From IMG/VR virus record IMGVR_UViG_3300020477_001447, positions 1 through 64,000 of that record: 64,000 nt of DNA; one strand, written 5' to 3'. The notes under the pieces were generated by a model. The model was not told the DNA's origin. It saw nothing but the letters and a program-made list of their open reading frames with translations, and searched no databases. Positions 8,822-18,182 of the stretch are shown here, one piece after another; positions within the stretch are counted from its first letter, which is position 1; each line of letters begins with the position of its first letter. A program made the position numbers and the translations under genes. This DNA is from a virus.

Positions 8822-8983
8822 ATGGATAACTTTTACAGCTTTATTATTGAGTACATAAAACGACAAGATAAAGAAAGTAAAAGATTACCGATACAGGTGC
8901 CAGTTGAAGAAGTATTAGATGAGAGAGAAGAAGTAGAAAAAAAGAAAGAGCCCCAGAGAGGCGTGGTAGTAATTGAAATGTAA
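8822..8983 (+). CDS. small hypothetical protein (53 aa)
   Basis: Manual translation MDNFYSFIIEYIKRQDKESKRLPIQVPVEEVLDEREEVEKKKEPQRGVVVIEM*; GGGGG upstream. Confidence 0.6.
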   Translation: MDNFYSFIIEYIKRQDKESKRLPIQVPVEEVLDEREEVEKKKEPQRGVVVIEM

Positions 8984-9302
8984 GACCGATACTGTTTTTA
9001 AATTTTTAATAATTTTTATTTTAATCGATTTAATCGCAACAACCTACTGGGTCGCCGCTGGCCATGCATCAGAATTTAACCCTTTGATGAACTTTTTCAT
9101 TAAAAATTCGTACGTTAGCTTCTGTATCGCAAAATTACTCATTTCATTTTTTGGAATTCTTGTTTTACGAAAACTTCAATCAAATAATCAAAAATTAGTT
9201 TTTAGACTGAGCATGCTCGCAACTGGAATCTACGCTTCTGTTGTCGTATGGCACATGTACGGGATATTTCTATTGTTAATCGGCAATAGAGTCCTTATTT
9301 AA
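8973..9302 (+). CDS. DUF5658-like membrane protein
   Basis: D..ATTY....G..SEFNPLM motif plus 3 TM helices. Confidence 0.6.
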   Translation: MKCKTDTVFKFLIIFILIDLIATTYWVAAGHASEFNPLMNFFIKNSYVSFCIAKLLISFFGILVLRKLQSNNQKLVFRLSMLATGIYASVVVWHMYGIFLLLIGNRVLI

Positions 9303-9325
9303 AATATAAAACTAATTACTTAGCA

Positions 9326-9565
9326 ATGTTAGAGTCAAATCATTTAAAAAACAATGGTGTTACCTACCTTGAACATGCTTTTTTTGCCATACCTATAGCA
9401 ATTAGGATGCTTCTTTCTTCGTTATTACTGACGATTCATGCGATTTTACCATTTATCAAGATGCCGGAAAGCTTAAGCATCCTAGGAGTGTCTAATTATT
9501 TGTTTGATAGGCATGCAAGAAGCCATGAAAAGGCGATAAAGGCTAAAAATAACAATGAAACATAA
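9326..9565 (+). CDS. DUF6356-like small membrane protein
   Basis: HL...G.TY.EH..FA....IHAILPF pattern. Confidence 0.65.
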   Translation: MLESNHLKNNGVTYLEHAFFAIPIAIRMLLSSLLLTIHAILPFIKMPESLSILGVSNYLFDRHARSHEKAIKAKNNNET

Positions 9566-10673
9566 AGTAATTAACAATTCTACTGCAAATTTATACCACT
9601 TAGAGCAGTTTGTTGATCATTTTTTTCCCTATTCCCAAGAAAGGCTTAAATTTGATCAGCCAGTGACAATATATTTGCAATCTGACGAAGAAAATGCGCA
9701 AAAAATGCTTGGAAAAACAGCATATTACGACCCACAAGACCTATCTTTGACTCTTTTTGTTGATAATCGCCACCCAAAGGACATTTTACGCTCTTTGTCA
9801 CATGAATTGGTACATCATGCACAAAATTGTCGGGGTGAATTCGGAGGCTGTGACGCTCCGGGGTGGAACCAAGCATGCGTTAAGGACACCGGCCCGGGAT
9901 ATGCTCAAAAAGACCCTCACATGCGAAATATGGAGCTAGAGGCGTATACTAAAGGAAATATTATCTTTAGAGACTTTGAAGACCTAATTAAGTTAGGCAA
10001 AATTAATATAAAAATTGATTTTAATGAAGGAGATGAACAAATGTCGCTCAAAGAGTGGAAAAATAACGAAATTAACAGTTTACTGCTAGAAAAGTGGGGA
10101 CTTACAAAAGAAAAGCGATTCGCTAACGACCCAAAGCTCGATAATGATGGAGACGGGGTACCAAAGTGGGCTGATAAAGACGATAACGACCCTAAAGTTA
10201 AAAAAGAGGGTAATCTTGACGAAGTTGAACATGATTGTGCAAAGCACGTTCGCATGAAAGAAAGTGGCGAAGAAGGTTATGTAGTAGATCATAGTCTCAC
10301 TGAAGATGGCACCGTTGAGCGATACACTGTCAACTTTGATGGCAATGTTGTAGAAGATATCAATGTTGACGATCTTACTGTTTTAGAATCTCGCCATCAC
10401 AACCACCGTGACAGACGATATATGGGTGAGACTGAAGAGCCAGATCTTGATGAAGGACATGGAATGCACGGAACTGACAAGAAAGAGGATGAAGAAGATA
10501 AAAAGAAAAAAGCTTCACCTCAACAGCCAGCAACCATGCATCGAGCAAGGCCAACTCCTCGTAGAGCGCGCCAGAAGGGGCCATCCGTTCGAGGAATGCG
10601 CTTTGAAGAAAGTAAAATTGATGAATTAGTTAACAGAATTGTTGAAAAATTACAAAACACGGAGGAAAACTAA
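9555..10673 (+). CDS. putative zinc metallopeptidase (HExxH), multi-module
   Basis: RHPKDILRSLSHELVHHAQ...E.EAY; DNDGDGVPKWADKDDNDP acidic repeat. Confidence 0.65.
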   Translation: MKHKVINNSTANLYHLEQFVDHFFPYSQERLKFDQPVTIYLQSDEENAQKMLGKTAYYDPQDLSLTLFVDNRHPKDILRSLSHELVHHAQNCRGEFGGCDAPGWNQACVKDTGPGYAQKDPHMRNMELEAYTKGNIIFRDFEDLIKLGKINIKIDFNEGDEQMSLKEWKNNEINSLLLEKWGLTKEKRFANDPKLDNDGDGVPKWADKDDNDPKVKKEGNLDEVEHDCAKHVRMKESGEEGYVVDHSLTEDGTVERYTVNFDGNVVEDINVDDLTVLESRHHNHRDRRYMGETEEPDLDEGHGMHGTDKKEDEEDKKKKASPQQPATMHRARPTPRRARQKGPSVRGMRFEESKIDELVNRIVEKLQNTEEN

Positions 10674-10674
10674 A

Positions 10675-10980
10675 ATGACATCACCTAGAAAAAAGAAATT
10701 ATGGCGCCACCAGCAAATGTTAAAGGCCCAACAAGCTGCAGCTGCCACAGCAGACGCTGCCGCTGCAACCGCTGATACAGCGACTGCAACTGCAACTGCA
10801 GAAGCAACTGCCACTACCGCTGCAACTACAGAAACAGCCGATAATGCTGCTGCAGCTGCTGCAGTTACAGAGACTGCTTCTGTTGCCGCTAACGCTACAG
10901 CGACAACTACGTCTACTAGCTCTACCGCTAAAAGAGCAACAAAAAAGGCCACAAAGACAACCACAAAAACAGCCCAATAG
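10675..10980 (+). CDS. Ala/Thr-rich low-complexity protein with basic termini
   Basis: GGAGG at 10661 then ATG 10675; AAAATADAAAATADTATATATA... core. Confidence 0.6.
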   Translation: MTSPRKKKLWRHQQMLKAQQAAAATADAAAATADTATATATAEATATTAATTETADNAAAAAAVTETASVAANATATTTSTSSTAKRATKKATKTTTKTAQ

Positions 10981-10986
10981 ATTAAA

Positions 10987-11235
10987 ATGGATTTAGCTAC
11001 ACTTACAAGACGGTTTTTGATGAATGAAGCACAAGGTCCAAATATACAAAGTTATATTTTGGCATTGGGTGAAGTAATTCAAAATATAAAGCCTGGGACT
11101 CAAAGAGACCAGCGCCGTCTTGAAGTTGCTAAAAGTCACTTAAGAGAAATAAAAAGACACACAAGGCGACTACAGGAGCGAGTCAACGTTTTAGAAGAAC
11201 GTGTTAACGTTTTAGAAGAACAAAAAGGAGATTAA
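10987..11235 (+). CDS. coiled-coil hypothetical protein
   Basis: 82 aa; RRFLMNE leader-like segment; RVNVLEE duplicated. Confidence 0.6.
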   Translation: MDLATLTRRFLMNEAQGPNIQSYILALGEVIQNIKPGTQRDQRRLEVAKSHLREIKRHTRRLQERVNVLEERVNVLEEQKGD

Positions 11236-11237
11236 TT

Positions 11238-13229
11238 ATGGGCGTAACCCATATGATGCACCCGTTCGATCTACCTAACGTTAAAACGGGAAAAGATCTA
11301 TTAAATTTTTTTCAAAAAGCAGAAGAATACCTTAGAAAAAACTCTGCTGCAGTTAAAATTGATGGTACTAATGTGCCCATTAAATTAATTGATGGCGACT
11401 TTGGAAAACAATTTGCTGGAGATCGGGGATCTCTTTTCCCTGCCGATGTTGTTGGTTTAACAAAGAAAAATGTCGAAACAAGATTTAAGGCCGGTCATGG
11501 GTTTATTGATATAATTCCATCAGTAGCTGCAGCCTTCGATGCAGCCTTTCCTAAAATTAAAAAAGAATTACAAGCCTTGGGGATGATGGATGATTCTTCA
11601 ATTTATCTAAATACAGAATTTTTACCTGCATCTGGATTAGGAAATGTTATCCAATATGGAAGTCAAGAAGGCGAAGATCCAATAAACACTATAGCAATTC
11701 ACAATTTAAGCCAGTTTTATTCAAAAGAGGCAAAAACAAAAGGAAAAGTATCAAGGCCAGGGTTACCTAGGCCAACCGATCCTATAACAAAAAAGCCGAT
11801 AACAGACGCTGCAACTGAAATTGCATATGACGAGTCTGTCATGGCTAGTCTAATCCAAAAGATGAATGCAGAGATGAAAAAACAGGGACTACCTTACAAA
11901 GTCTTTGGAAGTGTTCCAACAAATAAGCTAAATATCGACATTAATTTAAGCGAAGTGTTAAACTCTCCTGTTTCTATTTTACTAGACGAAGAAGCTACCA
12001 CAAAGTCATTGGGTGAGTGGTTAAGTTTTGCTATTAATCCAAAAAGAGAAACTATAGAACTGAATAATGGAAACACTGTTGCTGCCGTTAATAAACAAAT
12101 CTATCAGTTGATAATCCCAGAAAATCCAAATGAAGCAACCGCTGTAGCAAAAATTTTAGCAAACCCAGAAAGGGATTATAAAAAAACAATCGATGGCGCT
12201 GTGTTTTATCATGCAACAAGATTACTCGGACAAGCTATATTAGATCCTTTAGATAGTGAACTAGGTCCAATCATGGATCATGAGGGGATTGTCCTCCGTG
12301 ACAAAATATTTGGTGCCAACCCTGTCAAAATTACAGGAAACTTTATTTTGGGAGGTCTAGCCTCCTCGTTTAAACGAAACGAATCATTGTCTGAAGAAGA
12401 ACACCCCGTTGGTGAAAACTCTGTTGTCTTTATACCGGGTGGGTTTAAGCCCCCACACAAAGGTCATATATATCTCATAAAAACAGCAATTGAACAAGCA
12501 AAAGGCTCTAAACCTTACATAGTTACAGGTGAAACTAAAAGAGATGGTATAACTCTAGAACAATCTAAGCGAATTCTCGATCTTTACCTTAAAAATGAAG
12601 AGGTTGGAGTGGGTTTCTCACGTAGTGAGTTAGATATACTATTTGTTCCTGAAAGTGGTGTACCAATGCTTGATGCAGAAGGGCGCGAAAAGCTTAGAAA
12701 AGATGGCAACCCAATACTTACTAACAGCCCCCTTCAAGTAATTTATAATAAATCGATGGAACTACCTCCAGACACAACTATTTTTATTGCATCAAGCACT
12801 GCAGACCCTGCGCATGCATCTGTTGGAAAATCCATTAAACAAGCTAGAGAAGATTTAGATATTAGACCTCTGAGCATAGAAATTCCTGAAGAATATATGG
12901 ATCCAAAAACTGGTGATAAATTAAGTGCTACGGTTCTAAGAAAAGCCATCAAAAATAATGATTTTGAAAGGTTTAAAGACTTTGTGCCCGATTCTTCTCT
13001 GAAGAACGCTGGTTTTATATTTCATGAAGTTTTGGGGGGAGGTCAAAGGTCGTCTCATGACGAACCATTTCAATCTCCCGATCTTTCTGGGGTAGAAGAT
13101 GAAGAGTTAGACGAGATGAGTGTTTCAACTGGTGTTGGTGCTATGGGGTACATGGGCCGGCCAAGAAAAAGAAAGAAGCAGTTAAAAGAACTATTTATTA
13201 ATGATGTTTTAAACTACTTAGTAAAGTAG
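11238..13229 (+). CDS. phage cytidylyltransferase-like (HIGH-superfamily) protein with N-terminal HMxHPFD/VKIDG domain
   Basis: PGGFKPPHKGH and LSAT.LRKAI motifs; N-terminal THMMHPFD...VKIDG...HEGIV (DUF6267-like). Confidence 0.7.
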   Translation: MGVTHMMHPFDLPNVKTGKDLLNFFQKAEEYLRKNSAAVKIDGTNVPIKLIDGDFGKQFAGDRGSLFPADVVGLTKKNVETRFKAGHGFIDIIPSVAAAFDAAFPKIKKELQALGMMDDSSIYLNTEFLPASGLGNVIQYGSQEGEDPINTIAIHNLSQFYSKEAKTKGKVSRPGLPRPTDPITKKPITDAATEIAYDESVMASLIQKMNAEMKKQGLPYKVFGSVPTNKLNIDINLSEVLNSPVSILLDEEATTKSLGEWLSFAINPKRETIELNNGNTVAAVNKQIYQLIIPENPNEATAVAKILANPERDYKKTIDGAVFYHATRLLGQAILDPLDSELGPIMDHEGIVLRDKIFGANPVKITGNFILGGLASSFKRNESLSEEEHPVGENSVVFIPGGFKPPHKGHIYLIKTAIEQAKGSKPYIVTGETKRDGITLEQSKRILDLYLKNEEVGVGFSRSELDILFVPESGVPMLDAEGREKLRKDGNPILTNSPLQVIYNKSMELPPDTTIFIASSTADPAHASVGKSIKQAREDLDIRPLSIEIPEEYMDPKTGDKLSATVLRKAIKNNDFERFKDFVPDSSLKNAGFIFHEVLGGGQRSSHDEPFQSPDLSGVEDEELDEMSVSTGVGAMGYMGRPRKRKKQLKELFINDVLNYLVK

Positions 13230-13242
13230 GGGATCCTGTAAT

Positions 13243-14118
13243 ATGTCAATCAAAAGAGAAACGTTTTTAAAAGAATTAGAACTTCGCGAAAATATTCAGC
13301 GCGCAATTCGGCTTGTTAAAAATAAAAAAATTCAAGAACTTAATGAACAAAAGCAAAACGAAGAACAACTTCGAAAGCTAATTCATAGAACAGTTAAAGA
13401 GCAAAAATTAACAGATATTGAATCTGTATACGCCTTCCTGTTCGAACAAGAGGAGGTTGACCCTGATGAGTCCCCACACCATTCAACAGCTATCAACAAG
13501 CTAGAAACACTTCTCAAAGTAATCATAGACAAGCTAGAGGATGGCTATAAAGCCCTTACAACCGACCCAGAGCAGAGAGTGTCTTATCGGGCACACATCA
13601 TCAATGGTGTTGTTAATGCTTTGGCTGTGGTTGATTCTAGAGACGAGACCCAAAAAGGCATAGCTGAGGCCGTTGATGTAGCTGTTGACGGCGAACCAGA
13701 GGACGATGAATCATTTATTCCAGTGAGAGATGTTGACATTAAAAAATTACAAGATCCAGATCCAGAAGTGGAAAAAGCTGAAAATTTTGACATCCAAGGG
13801 ATGGATGAAACTGGTCGTGATTTTGCCTTAGAGGCATTTGATGAAATTGATTCTCAGATTGTTAATGTCTATGCCAAACTCCGAAACCCAGCAGACAAGA
13901 AAGAGTTTAAGGATTACCTAATAACCAACTTAAAAATCCACTTTGATATTTTCGAAAAAGAATTAGATGCTAAGTTGCCTGAACCAACAACTCCGGAGTA
14001 TGAGAAGGAAAAAGCTAAGATGAGCGATATGGAAGCCGACCCGGTGGCTATGGCCGAAGAGGATATTAGCTTAGACCTGAATGAAATTAAGCAATGGCTA
14101 AAAGAACAAAGAGAATAA
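13243..14118 (+). CDS. acidic hypothetical protein
   Basis: 291 aa ORF, many (I/L)xE sites. Confidence 0.65.
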   Translation: MSIKRETFLKELELRENIQRAIRLVKNKKIQELNEQKQNEEQLRKLIHRTVKEQKLTDIESVYAFLFEQEEVDPDESPHHSTAINKLETLLKVIIDKLEDGYKALTTDPEQRVSYRAHIINGVVNALAVVDSRDETQKGIAEAVDVAVDGEPEDDESFIPVRDVDIKKLQDPDPEVEKAENFDIQGMDETGRDFALEAFDEIDSQIVNVYAKLRNPADKKEFKDYLITNLKIHFDIFEKELDAKLPEPTTPEYEKEKAKMSDMEADPVAMAEEDISLDLNEIKQWLKEQRE

Positions 14119-14453
14119 CAGGAAAAAACGAATCTTATAGCATTTCTAGAAAACTGCGATTAAACAATAAGTCGTCTGATGAATTTGAAATTATGTTAAA
14201 CGCTCTCTCTGTAGAGGAGCTTATTGCCTTAAAATTAGAACTAGCTACAAAGGCAGTTAAAAGTAAAATGTATGGCATACCTCTTTGGAAGAAAATGCCA
14301 GAAATAGCAAGAGATGCCGTATTTAAATACGCAGTATCTGCAACACAATCTAAAACAGAGGCCGCAAAGTTTTTAGGCATATCGCAATTAAGGTTCAATA
14401 AATTACATTGTCGATACGAAATCGATGAATATTTTAAAGAAACAAAAGATTAG
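14094..14453 (+). CDS. Fis-like helix-turn-helix protein
   Basis: TQSKTEAAKFLGISQ..F.K...RY. Confidence 0.6.
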   Translation: MAKRTKRITGKNESYSISRKLRLNNKSSDEFEIMLNALSVEELIALKLELATKAVKSKMYGIPLWKKMPEIARDAVFKYAVSATQSKTEAAKFLGISQLRFNKLHCRYEIDEYFKETKD

Positions 14454-14485
14454 TAGTATACTTAACTTAACTACAACAACTTAAA

Positions 14486-14803
14486 GGGGGTGACAAGGTA
14501 TCGACAGGGTATAATGTACTGGATAGTGCAAGCTGTGAAACTGCTGACTAAATCACAAAAAAACTTAAGTCAGAATTAATACAACTGCCAATAACGCAGA
14601 TTACGATTTAGCCTTAGCTGCTTAATCCTTGGTTGCTCTTCATACCAAGTGTCCAAGAAGAGCCTAACAAAAAAAACGTTTGTTTTTTAGTTTTGTCGGA
14701 TTGAAAAAAACTAAAACAACTGTCACAAATTGTGACTAAGCTTGTGAACGACTTGATAGTGTATATGCTTTGGACGGCGGTTCGATTCCGCCCACCTCCA
14801 CCA
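14486..14803 (+). ncRNA. ssrA: tmRNA; tag (A)ANNADYDLALAA* at 14587-14625
   Basis: 5' GGGGGTGACAAGGTATCGAC, 3' GACGGCGGTTCGATTCCGCCCACCTCCACCA; G3.U wobble; tag ORF ends LAA. Confidence 0.95.
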
Positions 14804-14809
14804 AAGATT

Positions 14810-15121
14810 ATGTTTAGTTGGCTAAAAACAAGAATAAACAACAAATTGAGAAACTTCTCAATTGAGCGACTAAAAGCATTTCTCAAAAAGAATGGTTTAG
14901 CTTTTGTTATTATTTTTGTTGGATGGGAAATTATTGAGGATGTTGTTTTTCCTATTATATTTGGAATGTTGGGAAACTATATCCATCCGGCGTTCTACGC
15001 AGGCATTCCAGCCTCTTTAATTTTATGTTTTCATTGGTTGGCCATCCCAATTCTTTGGGGGTTGTGGTTAAAAATAACAAACAAATCAGATACTTATGAT
15101 AATCCTGATTGTTGTGAATGA
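14810..15121 (+). CDS. membrane hypothetical protein
   Basis: ATG directly after the tmRNA CCA; 2-3 TM segments. Confidence 0.6.
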   Translation: MFSWLKTRINNKLRNFSIERLKAFLKKNGLAFVIIFVGWEIIEDVVFPIIFGMLGNYIHPAFYAGIPASLILCFHWLAIPILWGLWLKITNKSDTYDNPDCCE

Positions 15122-15130
15122 GAGTATATT

Positions 15131-15700
15131 ATGAACAAATTTATTAAAAATATAGCAATATTAGTATCGACCCTTGTTGTGTTGGCAACAATGTCCATTA
15201 CTCAGCTTACATATGCATCTGATTTTATATCAAATTTTGAAAAGGTGCCAGCTATGGCTAAAAGCCCCCTTAAGGTTGGCACATGGGGCCTTACACCAAC
15301 CATAATTGTCTGTGAATATGCTCCAATAAGCCAGACGCAGGTTAATTCAGCAGTCATGTTCTGGAAAGGATTAGGTCACAAGTTTTACTCAACTCAATAT
15401 AAACATGATCCTTTGAATAAGTGTTCGAACCCACAACCAGTTGGTTATATTGTAATACACTTGGTAACAATGGGGGTTCCTATGGAGCAAAATGCTCTAG
15501 CGCAGACACATTTTTTTGTTGAAAACCACAGTAATGAAATAAAATGGGCAATTATTTACATGAGAAGTAATGTTAAAAAAACTGTGCTAGAACATGAAAT
15601 AGGCCACGCTCTAGGTTACCTACATTACAACAAAATTGGTCACTTGATGCATGCAAAGCACATCCAAGGAGGTTGGGACTCCGAAGGTTTAAAAAAATAA
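15131..15700 (+). CDS. matrixin-family (metzincin) metalloprotease, secreted or membrane-anchored
   Basis: HEIGHALGYLH + LM Met-turn; N-terminal signal. Confidence 0.8.
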   Translation: MNKFIKNIAILVSTLVVLATMSITQLTYASDFISNFEKVPAMAKSPLKVGTWGLTPTIIVCEYAPISQTQVNSAVMFWKGLGHKFYSTQYKHDPLNKCSNPQPVGYIVIHLVTMGVPMEQNALAQTHFFVENHSNEIKWAIIYMRSNVKKTVLEHEIGHALGYLHYNKIGHLMHAKHIQGGWDSEGLKK

Positions 15701-15761
15701 TTTTTAAAGATATTACTTCGCGCTAGAAAAAAAGACACTAGTTATCTGTGGAGAACAGCTG

Positions 15762-16859
15762 GTGTCTAAAAATACTAAAAAAATTAAAGTTGGCTTAACG
15801 TCGAATCATGGTGAAAATATATGGGGTAACGGCCTAGGTCAAAACGTATGGAACTTATACAGGCTTCTTAAGAAAGCCGGCTTTGATGTGTCTTGTGTTT
15901 CAGAAGGTCAAAAGATAGCCGGTAAAAAACTAATATCTACAAAGATTAAACCCCTTATAAAAGAAACTGCTAAAAAATACGATATCATAATAGAGGTAGT
16001 ACATGGCTTGACTACCGATTTTGCAGATTACTATGTCAATACGGGCGGAAAAATTGCTGGAGTTCAATACGGTAATAATTTATTGATTCACACAGAAGAT
16101 TTTCTTTTTAGACCTGAGAAGCTGCCAAAACACGAAACCAGAAGACATGAAATCTGGACATCTCCACATTATGAATTTGCAATACCAGCATATAAAGCTT
16201 TAGAGAAAATACCGGTACATGTGTGTCCTTATATATGGGACTCTGACATATTTGATGTATACTGTAGAGCTAAAAAATATGATCCCTTTTTCAAGCAAGG
16301 GCAAGAGATTAATTCCTTAGCGATGTTTGAGCCAAACTTAAATATGGTGAAAACATCCACAATACCAATATTGATTATAGAAAGCTACTTTGATTCAATT
16401 GGGAAGTATGATAAGGATGTATATGTGTTTGGAGCTTTAAAACTCAAAGACAACAACATGTTTCAAGACTTCATTCAGAAACTGAATGTGTTTAAGCATA
16501 GAAAGATATCGTTTGAAGGGCGTTGGCACACTCCTTATGCCATGCACAAAGGTCTTTCAGATTTGATCGTGTCTCATCAATGGGAAAATCACTTAAACTA
16601 CCTACAACTGGAAACAATGTACACCAACAGACCTTGTGTACATAACAATCCTAGATTAAAAGAATATGGCTTTTACTATGACATGTTCGATGTAGATGCC
16701 GGTCGCGAACAGTTGAGTATAGCACTTGAAACCCATAGTGATAACTTTAAAGAAACTTCTGAAATGAATAAAGAAAAGCTTTGGGATTACAATCCTTTAA
16801 ACCAAAAGAATGTAGATGCATATGCAGAGCTTATAACCAATCTTGTTGAAACAAAATGA
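15762..16859 (+). CDS. DUF2827-family putative glycosyltransferase
   Basis: IWGNGLGQN, IW.SPH, PYIW, FEPNLN.VK, VSHQWEN.LNYL..E, VHN motifs. Confidence 0.75.
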   Translation: MSKNTKKIKVGLTSNHGENIWGNGLGQNVWNLYRLLKKAGFDVSCVSEGQKIAGKKLISTKIKPLIKETAKKYDIIIEVVHGLTTDFADYYVNTGGKIAGVQYGNNLLIHTEDFLFRPEKLPKHETRRHEIWTSPHYEFAIPAYKALEKIPVHVCPYIWDSDIFDVYCRAKKYDPFFKQGQEINSLAMFEPNLNMVKTSTIPILIIESYFDSIGKYDKDVYVFGALKLKDNNMFQDFIQKLNVFKHRKISFEGRWHTPYAMHKGLSDLIVSHQWENHLNYLQLETMYTNRPCVHNNPRLKEYGFYYDMFDVDAGREQLSIALETHSDNFKETSEMNKEKLWDYNPLNQKNVDAYAELITNLVETK

Positions 16860-18097
16860 AAAATACGTTTAGTAGGGTACCAAAAACAGGAGTCATTTAT
16901 GTGACACAAAGGGCCACTAATGAGGGCTTTTACAGAGGAAACACTGAATGGTGTAATCTAGGCCAAGGGCAGCCGGAAATAGACAAATTAGATCAAGGTG
17001 TCGACAGAATAACAAATATAGAGCTTGATTTAATGGATTACGAATACTCCCCAGTCGGCGGTTTGAAGAGTTTTCGCGAAGCAATTGCAGAACAATACAA
17101 TTCGTTATACAGAGTAGATAAAGCCTCTAAGTATACATATGAAAATGTTTCAGTTTGCCCGGGCGGGAGATCAGCACTGACCAGGCTGGTGGCATCAATA
17201 GGAAATATTAATTTAGGACATTTTATTCCGGATTATACCGCATATGAAGAACTATTGGCCTCCTTTAAAACATTCAACACAATACCAATTTTATTAGATC
17301 CAGAGAATGGTTACAATATATCATCACAAGAACTAGAAAAAGAAGTGCATGGTAGGGGCCTGGGAGCTTTATTGGTTTCTAACCCCTGCAACCCCACTGG
17401 GAAAGTAATTACTGACTCTGCCCTACAGAAGTGGATAAATATCGGAAATGCCTTTGATTGCACTATGATAATGGATGAGTTTTATAGTAGTTACATATAC
17501 AGTGGTATACCCTCTGGTGAAACTTTAAGTTCTAGTAGGTATGTTGATGATGTAAATAAAGATCCTGTTGTTATTATTAACGGCATGTCAAAAAACTGGC
17601 GTTATCCTGGGTGGAGAATTGCTTGGATTGTTGGCCCAAAACATATCATAAGTTCTATCAATAGTGCTGGTAGTTTTTTAGATGGTGGTCCTAGCAGACC
17701 TTTACAAAAAGCTAGCTTATCTTTATTTAATAATAAATTATATAATATAGAAACAAAAGCAATACAAACTGAATTTAGAAAGAAGAGAAGAGTTCTATTA
17801 GATGGTTTACAAAATGTTGGTGTCTTTTTCGAAAGAGAACCTGAAGGAGCCTTCTATGCCTGGGGTAATATATCTAATCTACCTTCTTCAATCAATACAG
17901 GTCAAAACTTTCTAGAAGCATGTTTAAAAGAAAAAGTAATAGTAGTCCCAGGTGAATACTTTGATGTTAACCCAGGTAAAAGAAGAGATAATAATTCTAG
18001 GTTTAAAAATCATATAAGATTTTCTTTTGGTCCTAAGACTGAAGTTTTAACAGAAGCAATGTACAGATTGGAAAAAGTTGTAGATCAGCATAAATGA
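16856..18097 (+). CDS. PLP-dependent aminotransferase class I/II
   Basis: NLGQGQP, SNPCNPTG, DEFY, GMSKNWRYPGWRIAW (PLP lysine), PEGAFY, IRFSF. Confidence 0.9.
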   Translation: MKNTFSRVPKTGVIYVTQRATNEGFYRGNTEWCNLGQGQPEIDKLDQGVDRITNIELDLMDYEYSPVGGLKSFREAIAEQYNSLYRVDKASKYTYENVSVCPGGRSALTRLVASIGNINLGHFIPDYTAYEELLASFKTFNTIPILLDPENGYNISSQELEKEVHGRGLGALLVSNPCNPTGKVITDSALQKWINIGNAFDCTMIMDEFYSSYIYSGIPSGETLSSSRYVDDVNKDPVVIINGMSKNWRYPGWRIAWIVGPKHIISSINSAGSFLDGGPSRPLQKASLSLFNNKLYNIETKAIQTEFRKKRRVLLDGLQNVGVFFEREPEGAFYAWGNISNLPSSINTGQNFLEACLKEKVIVVPGEYFDVNPGKRRDNNSRFKNHIRFSFGPKTEVLTEAMYRLEKVVDQHK

Positions 18098-18111
18098 TAC
18101 AAAAGGTTTTC

Positions 18112-18140
18112 TTTACAGTTTCTATTTTACTTGTTATTAT
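18112..18140 (+). promoter_or_regulatory. sigma70-like promoter TTTACA-N17-TATTAT
   Basis: Intergenic; TG-extended -10. Confidence 0.5.
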
Positions 18141-18182
18141 AACTTTTATAAGCATGATCACTGATACTGGATCACCAAAGAA

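Noticed and set aside
10675-10980. Type I antifreeze protein similarity
   Set aside because: Compositional resemblance only; no regular 11-residue Thr periodicity
14614-14886. Minus-strand ORF and the 5' extension of ORF 14732
   Set aside because: Both overlap the tmRNA; the real start is probably ATG 14810
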